Shown: positions 20,261 to 30,909, numbered from the stretch's first letter. The stretch is DNA of 64,000 bases from Spirochaetota bacterium (GCA_963663865.1 OY760686.1:416001-480000); one strand, 5' to 3'. Numbers and translations: made by a program. Notes: a model not told the origin generated them from the letters alone.

Positions 20261-22573
20261 ATGAAAAAAACAAAAGGTTTTTTTCTTGTCCTGGCCACCT
20301 TGATGGTTTTTGTCTCTTGCGGAGAAGATTCAAAAGATTCAGCGAAGTGGCCTCAGAGTGTCTATTCTGAACAGCCTCATATCGGAGTATATCAGGATTA
20401 CGCAGTTGGAAATCAGGGTCAGGCCGGAATTGATGCAATAGTCAATGTCAATCCAAACTGCTCGGTTAAAACGATAATTACGATCGACGGTTTACAGTTT
20501 AAGGATTCAAATGGTGACGGAGAGTTGCAGCCATATGAGGATTGGCGATTGTCTCCAGAGGAGAGGGCGGCAAATCTGGTTAGCCTGATGCCCGTTGAAA
20601 GAAAAATCCCCTTGCTGATCCATGCAGGCGGACCAGGAAACCCCACCGGGACTGATTCCACTGTTATAAATGGTCTTGCTGATGACGGTACTGTTGACGA
20701 AACTTCAAATCCTCATCCGTTTGGCTATGATGTTTACAGAACAGCATATTATTTGGTAAACTACGGGGTTCGTTATGGTTTACGCAATGGTTATGGTTAT
20801 GATACAGCTGTTTATTACAACAATGTTCAGGGACTTTGTGAAAGGTCTCCATGGGGAATTCCGCATACAATAAGTGTTGATCCCTATCATGATACAGCTT
20901 ATAATGCAAATTCTGCTACAACAAATTCTCTGTGGCCATTTATGATGGGCTTTGGTGCTATTTCAAACCCTGATGACGCAAAAAGAATAGCAAGGAGGTT
21001 TGGAGAAGTTCATGGACAGGAATTGAGGATGTCCGGCGTTACCATGCTGTTGGGGCCAATGGCGGATATTGCCACAGAACCCAGGTGGGCTAGAATTCAG
21101 CATTGCATTAGCTCTGATCCTGATGTTGTTGCCGAACTTGTCGCTGAAGTTATAGCTGGAATGCAGGGAAGTGAGAATGGGCTTGTTCCCGGTGGCCAGG
21201 CATGCGTGGTTAAGCATTTCCCCGGATCTGGATCAGATGAAGAAGGGATGGACAGCCATTCCCCTCATGGACGTTATCAGGTATTCCCAGGAAACCTTTT
21301 TGAAGAACACCTTAGGCCTTTTGATGCGGCTTTTAAGGTAGGAGTAGCCGGAGTAATGCCATGCTATGGTATTTTTGAGACAAATAATTTCGAGCAAGTA
21401 GGATCGGCATTTACCTCAGATATTATGGTCGATTTGTTGCGTGATCGGTTTGGTTTCAACGGTTATATTGTCTCTGACTGGTATATTGATACTCACATGC
21501 CGTGGGGGCTTGAAGATCTGACAAAATATGAATTAGTCGGAAGGTGGTTGAAGGCTGGAACTCATCAGCATGGTGGGAATCAGGATGTCGCGAGTGTTAT
21601 GCGGTCTTATGAAGAAGGGTACATAACTGTTGAAGACATTGATTTTGCGGTGCAAAGTAATCTTAAAGTGGTGTTTCAGCAGGGTCTTTTTGAGAATCCG
21701 TATGTTAATCTTGCGGAGGCTCAGGAATTCTGGCGTTCTAATGGATCTGCGTTTGTTGACAGATCAATAGCAGCAGAAGAAGCTCAGAAGAAGGCAATGG
21801 TTCTTTGTAAAAATAACAGTTCGTTTTTGCCTGTTAAGCCAGACGGGGAAAAGTATGACACTAACGGGAATGGGGTAGTAGAAATATTTTTTGATAGCAA
21901 TATTTCTCAGGCGGACAGCGGTGAATTACAAACCGTTGCAAGAAGTGAAGAGTACTCAGGTTTTACTTTTGTTGATAATATTAATAATGCTGATATTGCA
22001 ATCGTTCGTATGTTTTCCAGAGGAGGAGAGTACTGGTCTGCTTTAGGTGGAATACCTCTTTCATATGATGGTATAACATATGTTTGGGATCATGAGGCAA
22101 AATCCTATACAGACATTCCGGCTCCAACAACAAGTATGGGAATTCAGGGCGGTGGTGATACAACAAAAAACTCTGGAGGATATAGAACCGTTGGAGGATC
22201 TCTTGACAATTATCAGAGAGTCTTTAATGCAATTGGAGCAAGGGACGGAGGGGATGTAAATGGAGATGGCACTATTGATGGTGATGGTACGAATCCAACT
22301 TTAAAGATAGTGGTTGGAATGACAGCGTCTCGTCCTGGTATTGTTGCTCCATTCCTCGGAGATGTACATTCTCTGATAGTAGATTTTGGCGCGACAGATA
22401 GTAGCTTTTTAGACGTGGTTTTTAATGCTGATGGTTCGGCTCCTACTGGCAATCTCCCTGTTGAAATACCGGCAAATGATGAATCAGTCAATGCTCAGTT
22501 TGAAGATGTCCCTTGTGATACTGTAGAACCAACATTTAAATACGGATTTGGATTGAGGTACATGTCAGAATAA
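20261..22573 (+). CDS. GH3 glycoside hydrolase lipoprotein (intact -1 subsite)
   Basis: RBS AGGAGG; lipobox FVSC; FKDSNGDGELQPYEDWRL, SVDPYH, ATEPRWAR, KHFPG, VMPCY, SDW, GLFENPY, PTGNLPVE, YGFGL. Confidence 0.92.
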   Translation: MKKTKGFFLVLATLMVFVSCGEDSKDSAKWPQSVYSEQPHIGVYQDYAVGNQGQAGIDAIVNVNPNCSVKTIITIDGLQFKDSNGDGELQPYEDWRLSPEERAANLVSLMPVERKIPLLIHAGGPGNPTGTDSTVINGLADDGTVDETSNPHPFGYDVYRTAYYLVNYGVRYGLRNGYGYDTAVYYNNVQGLCERSPWGIPHTISVDPYHDTAYNANSATTNSLWPFMMGFGAISNPDDAKRIARRFGEVHGQELRMSGVTMLLGPMADIATEPRWARIQHCISSDPDVVAELVAEVIAGMQGSENGLVPGGQACVVKHFPGSGSDEEGMDSHSPHGRYQVFPGNLFEEHLRPFDAAFKVGVAGVMPCYGIFETNNFEQVGSAFTSDIMVDLLRDRFGFNGYIVSDWYIDTHMPWGLEDLTKYELVGRWLKAGTHQHGGNQDVASVMRSYEEGYITVEDIDFAVQSNLKVVFQQGLFENPYVNLAEAQEFWRSNGSAFVDRSIAAEEAQKKAMVLCKNNSSFLPVKPDGEKYDTNGNGVVEIFFDSNISQADSGELQTVARSEEYSGFTFVDNINNADIAIVRMFSRGGEYWSALGGIPLSYDGITYVWDHEAKSYTDIPAPTTSMGIQGGGDTTKNSGGYRTVGGSLDNYQRVFNAIGARDGGDVNGDGTIDGDGTNPTLKIVVGMTASRPGIVAPFLGDVHSLIVDFGATDSSFLDVVFNADGSAPTGNLPVEIPANDESVNAQFEDVPCDTVEPTFKYGFGLRYMSE

Positions 22574-22637
22574 GATTATTTTCAATATGTAGTTTGACAA
22601 ATAATTTTATTTTTTTGATGTAATAATGTGTGTGGAT

Positions 22638-22676
22638 TAACTTCCCCCGGAGAAGCAGGTTGTACGGGGGAAGTTA
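22638..22676 (+). terminator. Stem-loop between GH3 and substrate-binding protein genes (terminator or mRNA-stabilising hairpin)
   Basis: TAACTTCCCCCG-N15-CGGGGGAAGTTA perfect 12-bp stem; weak U-tract. Confidence 0.6.
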
Positions 22677-22728
22677 TATGGGAAACGAGTAAGAAGCAGT
22701 GATTTTATGAAGATTTGGCAAGAGTAAT

Positions 22729-23850
22729 ATGAAATTTTATTACGGAATAATATCAAAGTTTATTTTATTAATCCTGTTAATTCTGTCATGCAGTAACTCC
22801 CCCCAAAAAAAAGAGACGAGTATACTATTAATAATCCACCAGGATAATATTTCTGATGATGAATATGGGTTTTTCAACCAATTGAAGGATTATACATTAA
22901 TGGCTGCTTACGATTTGCAGGTGAGTGTTGAGTGTTTGGGGTTCACCAGCAATGATAAAACGATACGAGAAAGATTTATTAAAATAGTCAGTAAAAAAAA
23001 GCCCGATGGAATTATTCTCGCCGGAGGGTATGGTTTTTTATATCCTATTGTTGAAATTTCAAACAAGCTAAAAATTCCATTTATTAATATTAATAATAAA
23101 TTTGATCCAAAGTTTAATATGGGAAAACCAAGAGAAAAATTTAAATATTGGATTGGAGAAGTAATACCTGATGATGAACAAGCGGGATATTTGTTAGCAA
23201 AAATATTATCAGAAAATGCTCCTGTTGATAAAAGTGGTGTTGTAAGAATGATAGCGTTTATAGGGTATAAATACGATTTCGCTTCGCTTGAACGCTTGAA
23301 AGGTTTAATGAGGTATTTGAGCGAGAACAAAAATGTAATCTTGCAACAGGTATTTGAAACTAAATATAATGAAGCTTCAGCATATAAAAAATTCTATCTG
23401 TCAAAACAAAATCGGTATCCGAAAACAACAGCTGTGTGGACAGTAAGCGACGGTCTTGCAGCGGGTTCGTCTCAAGCAGCTAAAGATTTGAAGTTAACAT
23501 TTGGAAAAGATTATATCGTTGGAGGAATTGATTGGACGGAGAAGGGTATACGAGATGTTAAAGCCGAACAGAGCTATGTTTCAGTTGGTGGCCATGTATT
23601 GGAAGGTGTCTGGGCCTTAATTCTTATCCATGATTATTTGAAAGAAATAGATTTTATATCCGAATCTGTAGAATTTATGACCCAGATGAAATCAATAAGC
23701 GTTGATGATAATTATTGCTTTATAAAGTTCCTTTTGAATGAACAATCAATTAAAATTGATTTTAGGACATATTCGAAATATCATAATAAAACATTAAAAA
23801 AATATGATTTTGACATTTCAGGGAAAATTAAAAAATGTCTACGCGAATAA
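22729..23850 (+). CDS. Periplasmic sugar-binding (type I PBP) lipoprotein, orphan
   Basis: Lipobox ILSC; KPDGII, PREKFKYWIG, PDDEQAGYLLA, ERLKGL, AVWTVSDGLA, GGIDWT, SVGGH. Confidence 0.85.
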   Translation: MKFYYGIISKFILLILLILSCSNSPQKKETSILLIIHQDNISDDEYGFFNQLKDYTLMAAYDLQVSVECLGFTSNDKTIRERFIKIVSKKKPDGIILAGGYGFLYPIVEISNKLKIPFININNKFDPKFNMGKPREKFKYWIGEVIPDDEQAGYLLAKILSENAPVDKSGVVRMIAFIGYKYDFASLERLKGLMRYLSENKNVILQQVFETKYNEASAYKKFYLSKQNRYPKTTAVWTVSDGLAAGSSQAAKDLKLTFGKDYIVGGIDWTEKGIRDVKAEQSYVSVGGHVLEGVWALILIHDYLKEIDFISESVEFMTQMKSISVDDNYCFIKFLLNEQSIKIDFRTYSKYHNKTLKKYDFDISGKIKKCLRE

Positions 23851-24977
23851 TTAAAAAAATACGCATTGTGGATATAGTATTAATTATTATAGTAATATTC
23901 TTTTTTGCTAACGGTGTTTTTTTTCTGATGAAAAAGATCAAGGAAGATCGCCGGCTGAAAATGAAAGCAGAAAGACTGTACAGCAAAATAATCGAGGATA
24001 ACTGCATATATTTTATGTACTCTTCTTCGGAGAAAGTTTTTAATGTTCAGATTGACGACGAAGATGTAGTGGAATTATCAGTAAAGAATTATTTTGATGA
24101 GACTGTATTTAACTATTCAAGTCAATATAATATATATCCAAGTGAGGTTGTTTTTAACAAGAACATCGAATTTAATGATAGGGTTTTTGGAGAAATACAT
24201 ATTCGGATGATAAGATCATCGTTCTATAGAGAAATGGAAAAAATAGCAGCTGTGTTATTGGCAGAAAATGCTGATGCGTTATGGGAGTATGATCTGCGTG
24301 AGCTTGAGAAAAACATTGGAAGGTATTTATACAGGGACGATATTTACGGAATTTCAATTAGAGATATAAACAAAAACTACCTCGTTCATTTAAAAAAAGA
24401 CGAAAGTGTTGATGAAAAGAAATTGATAACAATAAAAAAAGATTTTAATCAAAACGGTAAATTCTGTGGCAATATAGAAATAGTTACATATAATAACCGG
24501 TCGGATTTGCTTTTTGCAAAGACAACATTCTTTTCAGTAATGGCTTTATTCTTCTTGATTATCGTAGGTGTACGAAAAAAATTCTACTGGAACATGGTTG
24601 AAACAGATTTTCAGGAAAAATGGAAAATCTCAAGGAGTACTGAAATCAAAATGAAGAAAGCAATTGGATATATATATGAAAACTATACTGAACCAATCTC
24701 AAGGGAAGAGCTTGCAAGCTATGTGAACATTAATGCTGATAATCTTGGAAGATTTTTTAAAATCTTTACAGGAGTCAAGATTAACGATTATATTAATCAA
24801 TTGCGAATAGATAAAGCAAAAAAACTATTAATAGAAACAGATGACAGTATTATAAGAATTGCTTTAGAAGTTGGATTTGAAAGCTTAAACACTTTTTACG
24901 TTCTTTTCCAAAAAAAAAACGGACTCTCTCCTTCGGCTTACAGGCGAAGTTATGAGGAAAGGCGTGAGTTGGTATAA
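23835..24977 (+). CDS. Membrane-anchored AraC-family regulator (TM - periplasmic sensor - TM - HTH)
   Basis: Two hydrophobic segments flank about 190 aa; C-terminal YIYENYTEPISREELA...LGRFFK...LRIDKAKKLL...IALEVGFES...F.KKNGLSPSAYR. Confidence 0.88.
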   Translation: MSTRIIKKIRIVDIVLIIIVIFFFANGVFFLMKKIKEDRRLKMKAERLYSKIIEDNCIYFMYSSSEKVFNVQIDDEDVVELSVKNYFDETVFNYSSQYNIYPSEVVFNKNIEFNDRVFGEIHIRMIRSSFYREMEKIAAVLLAENADALWEYDLRELEKNIGRYLYRDDIYGISIRDINKNYLVHLKKDESVDEKKLITIKKDFNQNGKFCGNIEIVTYNNRSDLLFAKTTFFSVMALFFLIIVGVRKKFYWNMVETDFQEKWKISRSTEIKMKKAIGYIYENYTEPISREELASYVNINADNLGRFFKIFTGVKINDYINQLRIDKAKKLLIETDDSIIRIALEVGFESLNTFYVLFQKKNGLSPSAYRRSYEERRELV

Positions 24978-24995
24978 CAGAGATGGCGCTGTATG

Positions 24996-25823
24996 CTATG
25001 TTTCCTTTCGCGCTCTGTAAAGGCAGTCTATTGCCGTCTCTGTCTCACCCTTGAAGAGGTGACACAGACTAAGGGAGATGAGGTTGCTTCCGGTCGATTC
25101 CCTGTTCTGCAGTGTGCTTATCTTTTCATCAATTGTCCCGTACTTGTCCGTGAGAATATCAACGGGAACTGATTTAATGAATTCATTATAGTAGAGGTAG
25201 CCTTCGGTTTTTTTCGAAAGGCTCTTTATCTCGTCAGCTGAGGCCGTGAACCTTCCGCTTTTAATCAACGCGGCCGAACGAATCTCTTTGATGTGGCTGT
25301 TCACAGTGTGCGCTTTGATAAGCCTGTTGAGCAGAGACAGGGCCTCTGCGTACTGCTGCCTGTTGTAGTATATAATTGAGAGTGCAGTGAGCGCGGCTCT
25401 GTTGTCGGGCTGAACTTCGAGGACTTCCCTGAAGTTCTTTTCTGCCGCTTTTATGTTGTTCATTCTGCTGTAACAGAGGCCAATAACCAGGGGCGCCATC
25501 CCTGAAGACCTGTCGACCAATCTTGCCCTTTCAAAGCTAATGACTGCTTTTTTGTAGCTGCCGGCTCGGTAGTGGGCCGTCCCGAGGTTGAAAAATGATA
25601 CATAGTCCCGCTGTATCTTGACAGCTTTTTCGAAGCACAGAGCTGCCCTGTCGTGTATGTTTGTTCTGGAGTAAATTGAACCCAGCCTGAAAAGAGCTTC
25701 ACGGCATGAAGGATCGTTTTTGAGGATGGTTATGCAGGTCTCTGCAGCGCCCGTAAGGTCTCCGTTTGCCTCAAGCTTCTTAACTGTTGAGAACATATCC
25801 ATTTTGTGAGATTTATCTTTCAT
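24996..25823 (-). CDS. Tetratricopeptide repeat protein
   Basis: ALFRLGSIY, FFNLGTAHY, IGLCYSRM TPR units; abuts the cyclase gene. Confidence 0.85.
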   Translation of the reverse strand: MKDKSHKMDMFSTVKKLEANGDLTGAAETCITILKNDPSCREALFRLGSIYSRTNIHDRAALCFEKAVKIQRDYVSFFNLGTAHYRAGSYKKAVISFERARLVDRSSGMAPLVIGLCYSRMNNIKAAEKNFREVLEVQPDNRAALTALSIIYYNRQQYAEALSLLNRLIKAHTVNSHIKEIRSAALIKSGRFTASADEIKSLSKKTEGYLYYNEFIKSVPVDILTDKYGTIDEKISTLQNRESTGSNLISLSLCHLFKGETETAIDCLYRARKET

Positions 25824-26909
25824 TTATGCCTGTATTTTCGGGGAATGTGCCACAACCCGGTTTTTGCCGGTTCTCTTAGCCTTGTAAAGAGCTGTATCTG
25901 CTCTTTCAATGAAGGATGTCTTGTTTCTGTCAACTGACGGCAAAAATTCAGCAACACCAACGCTTATTGTAACGTGAAGCGGTTTCGGCTGTCCCTCAAA
26001 TTCGCACATCTCGATTGTTCGTCTGATTCGCGTAGCGATCTCGACAGCGGCGGAGAGGGGGGCGGAAGGTAGTATAACCGCAAACTCTTCGCCGCCATAG
26101 CGGGCTGCTATGTCTTCGTTCCGCACAAGTTTTTTTATGATTTTAGCGCTTTCCTTAAGTATGATATCTCCCTGCTGGTGGCCGTAGGTATCGTTTACGG
26201 ATTTAAAGTTATCAATATCGCAAATAATCATGCTTAGCGGCGTGCGGGTTCTCTCGGCCCTTTTTATCTCTTCTTCAATTCTGTCCTGGAAGTAGTGGTG
26301 GATGTAAAGCCGGGTCATTCTGTCGAGCGTTGCCATTCTGTACAGCCTTGAGTTCTCAACAGCAATTGCGGCGAATTTGGACAGATCGGAAAGGAACTCC
26401 TTTTCCCTGTCACAGCAGGGCTCTCCTGTCATCTTGCGCCCGAGAAGAATAATTCCATTCAGGGTATTCTTCGATTTCAGAGGAACAATTGTTTCAGGGT
26501 CAAGGGATGATAACTTCATCAAGTCATCTTCGAGTCCCTTAATCTGTCTCAGCTCTTCGAGAGTAACCGGGGACGGATGGCTGTTGATGTGTTTTATAAG
26601 AGCTGAATCCTCACCTAAAAAAATGTCTGCGCTTGAATAGGATTCGTCATAGCCCTTTGTCATGTGAATATACATATCGTTTTCATCAATGTCGGTCTGC
26701 AGAAGGATGGCTACCCTGTCGACAAACATCTGCCCGATACAGCTGTATAGTATCGACTCGACAAGGCTTTCAAAGTCAAGCTTGGAAGAAAGGCTTATCC
26801 CGAGGGAAATCAGGTTTTTCAGGTCGTAGATGCGCCGCTCCTGGTCCTGAATCTTGATTTCGTACATCCGAAGGCCTTCAGGCAGCTGTTCAAACTCACA
26901 CTTTTCCAA
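25824..26909 (-). CDS. GAF-GGDEF diguanylate cyclase (spirochaete DgcA-like)
   Basis: GAF (VPLKSKNTLNGIILLG...AAIAVENSRL), DIDNFKSVNDTYGH, RNED I-site, RYGGEEF. Confidence 0.92.
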   Translation of the reverse strand: MEKCEFEQLPEGLRMYEIKIQDQERRIYDLKNLISLGISLSSKLDFESLVESILYSCIGQMFVDRVAILLQTDIDENDMYIHMTKGYDESYSSADIFLGEDSALIKHINSHPSPVTLEELRQIKGLEDDLMKLSSLDPETIVPLKSKNTLNGIILLGRKMTGEPCCDREKEFLSDLSKFAAIAVENSRLYRMATLDRMTRLYIHHYFQDRIEEEIKRAERTRTPLSMIICDIDNFKSVNDTYGHQQGDIILKESAKIIKKLVRNEDIAARYGGEEFAVILPSAPLSAAVEIATRIRRTIEMCEFEGQPKPLHVTISVGVAEFLPSVDRNKTSFIERADTALYKAKRTGKNRVVAHSPKIQA

Positions 26910-27234
26910 AGCTACACCCCGTCACGCTGAATAGTCTACAGTCAATTATCGGACATAAAAGCCATTGTGCAAAGAAAAAAGTCGATGTACTCCAATTGTG
27001 CGTCACACCGTGCGTGTCTATAGAGCTGATCCGTTGCGTTCGAGCTTTTATAATTTGTAATACAATTGAGCGGGAAGGTCAAGTTAAATAAATTTCTTAT
27101 GTGTCAAGCAGGAATATATTCCAAAAGTAAAAATATCTTTACAAGAGAGATTCAGAAAGTAAAAATTGGCGAAGCAAGTTTTTAGGATACAAAAATACAA
27201 AACAAAACAATAAACATTTAGAGGGGTTAATCTG

Positions 27235-29943
27235 ATGATTAAACGGGTTTATGTTTTTGGAGGCGGAAAATCGGAAGGTAGGGCTGATATGCGGAACCTG
27301 TTGGGAGGTAAAGGAGCCAATCTGGCCGAGATGTCAAATCTCGGAATTCCTGTTCCTGCCGGGTTCACAATTACGACCGAAGTCTGCACAGAGTATTATC
27401 AAAACAACAAACAATTTCCTAATGAACTTGAAGCAGAGGTGATGGAGGCGTTAAAATCGGTTGAGAAGGTGATGGGAGCCGACTTTAACAATCCGTCTAA
27501 TCCACTTCTGGTGTCAGTCAGGTCGGGGGCCAGGGTCTCAATGCCCGGAATGATGGACACCGTTCTCAACCTCGGGCTTAACGATGAAACCGTAAAAGGG
27601 ATTATCGCCAAGTCCGGGAATGAAAGATTCGGCTGGGATTCTTACAGGCGTTTCATTCAGATGTATGGCGATGTCGTTATGGATATGAAGCCGGAAAACA
27701 AGAACGACATCGATCCCTTCGAAGAGATTATCGAGGAACTTAAAAAGAAGCGGGGTATTGTTTCCGATCTGGAAATGTCAGTGGATGACCTTAAATCGCT
27801 TGTTTTGAAGTTCAAAGAGGTGATCAAAAAGAAGAAGGGGGTGGAGTTCCCGTCGGATCCAATTGAGCAGCTCTGGGGTGCGATAGGGGCTGTTTTTGCA
27901 TCCTGGCAGAACGAAAGAGCGATTCTGTACAGGAAGATGCACGGTTATGATGATGATTGGGGAACGGCAGTAAACGTTCAGGCCATGGTATTTGGAAACA
28001 TGGGAGACGATTGTGCCACCGGGGTTGCATTTACCAGAAACCCGTCCACCGGCGAGAAGAAATTCTACGGAGAATTCCTTGTCAATGCCCAGGGTGAAGA
28101 CGTTGTTGCTGGAACAAGAACTCCGAACCAGGTAACCATCGAAGGGTCGAAAAGGTGGGCGGCCGAGGCAGGGCTGTCAGAGGATGAGAGGAAGAAAACG
28201 CCATCTCTTGAAGAGCTTATCCCTGAAGCGTATAAAGATCTGGTTTCAGTCTACGAAAAGCTGGAAAGCCACTACAGGGACATGCAGGACATCGAATTTA
28301 CCATTCAAAACAGGAAGCTGTGGATGCTTCAGACCCGTAACGGCAAAAGGACAGCGCTTGCGGCCATGAACATAGCGGTTGATATGGTGAATGAAGGACT
28401 TATCGACAAGAAAACCGCTGTTACCAGGGTTGAGCCGGCATCTCTCGATCAGCTTCTTCATCCGACATTTGATCCTTCAGCATCCAAAAATGTTATCGCA
28501 AAAGGGCTTGCCGCTTCGCCGGGTGCAGCCTGCGGCCGGGCTGTCTTCCATGCAGATGACGCTGATGAGTGGAACAGGCGGGGAGAGAAGGTCATCCTGG
28601 TGAGGATTGAAACATCGCCTGAAGACCTCAAGGGAATGTCAGCTGCTCAGGGAATTCTTACCCAGCGGGGCGGACAAACTTCGCATGCCGCTGTTGTCGC
28701 AAGAGGCATGGGGAAATGCTGCGTTTCCGGATGCGGCGCTCTTGAGATCAGCTACGCCGCAAAGACCATGAAGGCGGGAGGCGTCGTAGTTAAAGAGGGA
28801 GACTACATCTCTCTCGACGGTTCAACTGGTCAGGTAATGCTCGGTGAGGTTCCTACAGTGGAAGCCATACTGACTGGCAATTTTGAACTGCTCATGAAGT
28901 GGGCCGACGAGTTTAGAAGGCTTAAGATTAGAACAAATGCCGATACTCCTCATGACGCTGAGCTGGCGAGAACCTTTGGAGCTGAGGGAATTGGGCTCTG
29001 CCGCACTGAGCATATGTTCTTTGAAGGCGACAGAATTAAGGCCGTAAGAGAGATGATTCTCTCCAATACCCTTGAAGGCCGCAAAAAGGCCCTTGCAAAA
29101 CTTCTTCCAATGCAGCGTGGAGATTTCTACGGAATGCTGAAGGCGATGCAGGGTATGGGTGTTACGATCAGGCTTCTTGATCCTCCTCTGCACGAGTTTG
29201 TACCTCATGAAGAGGACCAGCAGAAAGAGATGGCTAAGGAAATGGGGCTCTCTGTCGAAGAGGTTAAGGCCAAGGTCAACTCGCTTCACGAGTTCAATCC
29301 CATGCTTGGACACAGGGGATGCCGACTCGGGGTAACATATCCCGAGATTACCGAGATGCAGGCGAGAGCCATCTTCGAAGCGGCGTGCCAGCTTAAAAGC
29401 GAGGGAGTTGATGTTAAGCCCGAGGTTATGGTTCCGCTTGTAGGGACAGTCAAAGAGTTTGTGCTACAGAAGTCGGTGATTGTCAACACGGCCGAAACAG
29501 TTATGCAGGAGAAAGGGGTGAATGTATCGTATCTTGTCGGTACGATGATTGAGATTCCGAGGGCGGCTCTTATCGCGGATAAAATAGCAGAACATGCGGA
29601 GTTTTTCTCTTTCGGAACAAATGACCTGACCCAGATGACTTTCGGCTATAGCCGCGACGATTCCGGATCATTTTTGCCTGAATATGTTGACAAAAAAATA
29701 CTGTCATCTGATCCTTTCTGCGAGCTTGACCGGGAAGGTGTGGGACAGCTTGTTAAATTTGCAGTTGAAAGGGGCCGCATTGCCAGGCCGAGTCTCAAAC
29801 TCGGGATTTGCGGAGAGCATGGCGGAGACCCGAAGTCAATAGAGTTCTGTCACATGACGGGGCTTGACTATGTGAGCTGCTCACCCTTCAGGGTGCCGGT
29901 TGCCCGTCTCGCGGCGGCGCAGGCGGCTATTCAGAATGGATGA
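27235..29943 (+). CDS. ppdK: Pyruvate, phosphate dikinase
   Basis: [33 protein letters not shown] phospho-His, [25 protein letters not shown]. Confidence 0.98.
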   Translation: MIKRVYVFGGGKSEGRADMRNLLGGKGANLAEMSNLGIPVPAGFTITTEVCTEYYQNNKQFPNELEAEVMEALKSVEKVMGADFNNPSNPLLVSVRSGARVSMPGMMDTVLNLGLNDETVKGIIAKSGNERFGWDSYRRFIQMYGDVVMDMKPENKNDIDPFEEIIEELKKKRGIVSDLEMSVDDLKSLVLKFKEVIKKKKGVEFPSDPIEQLWGAIGAVFASWQNERAILYRKMHGYDDDWGTAVNVQAMVFGNMGDDCATGVAFTRNPSTGEKKFYGEFLVNAQGEDVVAGTRTPNQVTIEGSKRWAAEAGLSEDERKKTPSLEELIPEAYKDLVSVYEKLESHYRDMQDIEFTIQNRKLWMLQTRNGKRTALAAMNIAVDMVNEGLIDKKTAVTRVEPASLDQLLHPTFDPSASKNVIAKGLAASPGAACGRAVFHADDADEWNRRGEKVILVRIETSPEDLKGMSAAQGILTQRGGQTSHAAVVARGMGKCCVSGCGALEISYAAKTMKAGGVVVKEGDYISLDGSTGQVMLGEVPTVEAILTGNFELLMKWADEFRRLKIRTNADTPHDAELARTFGAEGIGLCRTEHMFFEGDRIKAVREMILSNTLEGRKKALAKLLPMQRGDFYGMLKAMQGMGVTIRLLDPPLHEFVPHEEDQQKEMAKEMGLSVEEVKAKVNSLHEFNPMLGHRGCRLGVTYPEITEMQARAIFEAACQLKSEGVDVKPEVMVPLVGTVKEFVLQKSVIVNTAETVMQEKGVNVSYLVGTMIEIPRAALIADKIAEHAEFFSFGTNDLTQMTFGYSRDDSGSFLPEYVDKKILSSDPFCELDREGVGQLVKFAVERGRIARPSLKLGICGEHGGDPKSIEFCHMTGLDYVSCSPFRVPVARLAAAQAAIQNG

Positions 29944-30108
29944 GGACGTAGAAATCTTCTGCTCAGGTTGCCGCGGGGAAGAGTTTCCGGGGCGGCTTCT
30001 TCAGAAGGGTAGTATTGTTTGATGTGTTTCAAAGATCTCTGAATTAATTTGCACGGGCCGTGGCGCTTGCCGGGGCCCGTATCCTGAAAACTGATTTGCT
30101 GAATTTTT

Positions 30109-30153
30109 GTAAGCCGGCCCTGTCCGGGTCGGATATGGCCGGCTTGCTTTTTT
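30109..30153 (+). terminator. Rho-independent terminator after ppdK
   Basis: GTAAGCCGGCC...GGCCGGCTTGC stem followed by a T run. Confidence 0.7.
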
Positions 30154-30177
30154 ATTACCAGAGAGTTGGGGAGTATA

Positions 30178-30909
30178 ATGAAAAAAATAATTACGTCAGC
30201 CGCCATTTTTGCGGCAATAACGGTCCCTCTTTACGCTTCATACGAGGATGCCCTGAGGCTTTTTCAGCAGGGAAAATATTCAGAATCGGTGAAAATGATC
30301 GCCGACGAGCTTGAAGTCGGCCGCGATTTTGAGCCCGGTTCGCCCAACTACAGCCTCAGGTATCTGGCGGCGCATAACCACTGGAAACTTGGAACCGCAA
30401 AATCTCCGGCAGCCCATTTCAAAAGGTGTATGGAAATAAAAAAAGATGAAGTCGAACCCTACATAGATCTTTCTCTGTATTATATTGATATCAAAAAGTA
30501 TAATGATGCCGAATCTACGGCTCGAAAAGGCCTTGAAATAGAGGAGTCAGCCATGTTATATTATGCACTGGGCAAGGCGGCTCTTCAAAACAGGAATTAC
30601 TGGAGAGCAAAGGAGTATTTCGAGAAGGCCAATTCTTTAGACAATGAAATATTTATATCTTACAATGGTCTGGGGATGGCGCTGATGAACCTTGGCCGCT
30701 ATCCTGAGGCCAACGTGGCATTCAGCGTTGCTTCCGCGCTTAATCCGGAAAGTGCAGAATTATTAAACAACCTTGCTTTGAGCTGTGAGCAGATGAAGAA
30801 GTACGGTGATGCGTTAAAGTATTTGCAGAAGGCTGCCGGGAAAAATCCTGAAAACAGGGTAATTGCCGAGAACCTGGAACGGGCTGGAAAGCAGCTGGAA
30901 AAGAAGTGA
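30178..30909 (+). CDS. Exported tetratricopeptide repeat protein
   Basis: Signal peptide MKKIITSAAIFAAITVPLYA; TPR units YALGKAA, YNGLGMAL, NNLALSC. Confidence 0.85.
   Translation: MKKIITSAAIFAAITVPLYASYEDALRLFQQGKYSESVKMIADELEVGRDFEPGSPNYSLRYLAAHNHWKLGTAKSPAAHFKRCMEIKKDEVEPYIDLSLYYIDIKKYNDAESTARKGLEIEESAMLYYALGKAALQNRNYWRAKEYFEKANSLDNEIFISYNGLGMALMNLGRYPEANVAFSVASALNPESAELLNNLALSCEQMKKYGDALKYLQKAAGKNPENRVIAENLERAGKQLEKK

Noticed and set aside
29931-30314. ORFs 29931-30206(-) and 30060-30314(+)
   Set aside because: They run across terminator hairpins and overlap real genes; no protein-like features
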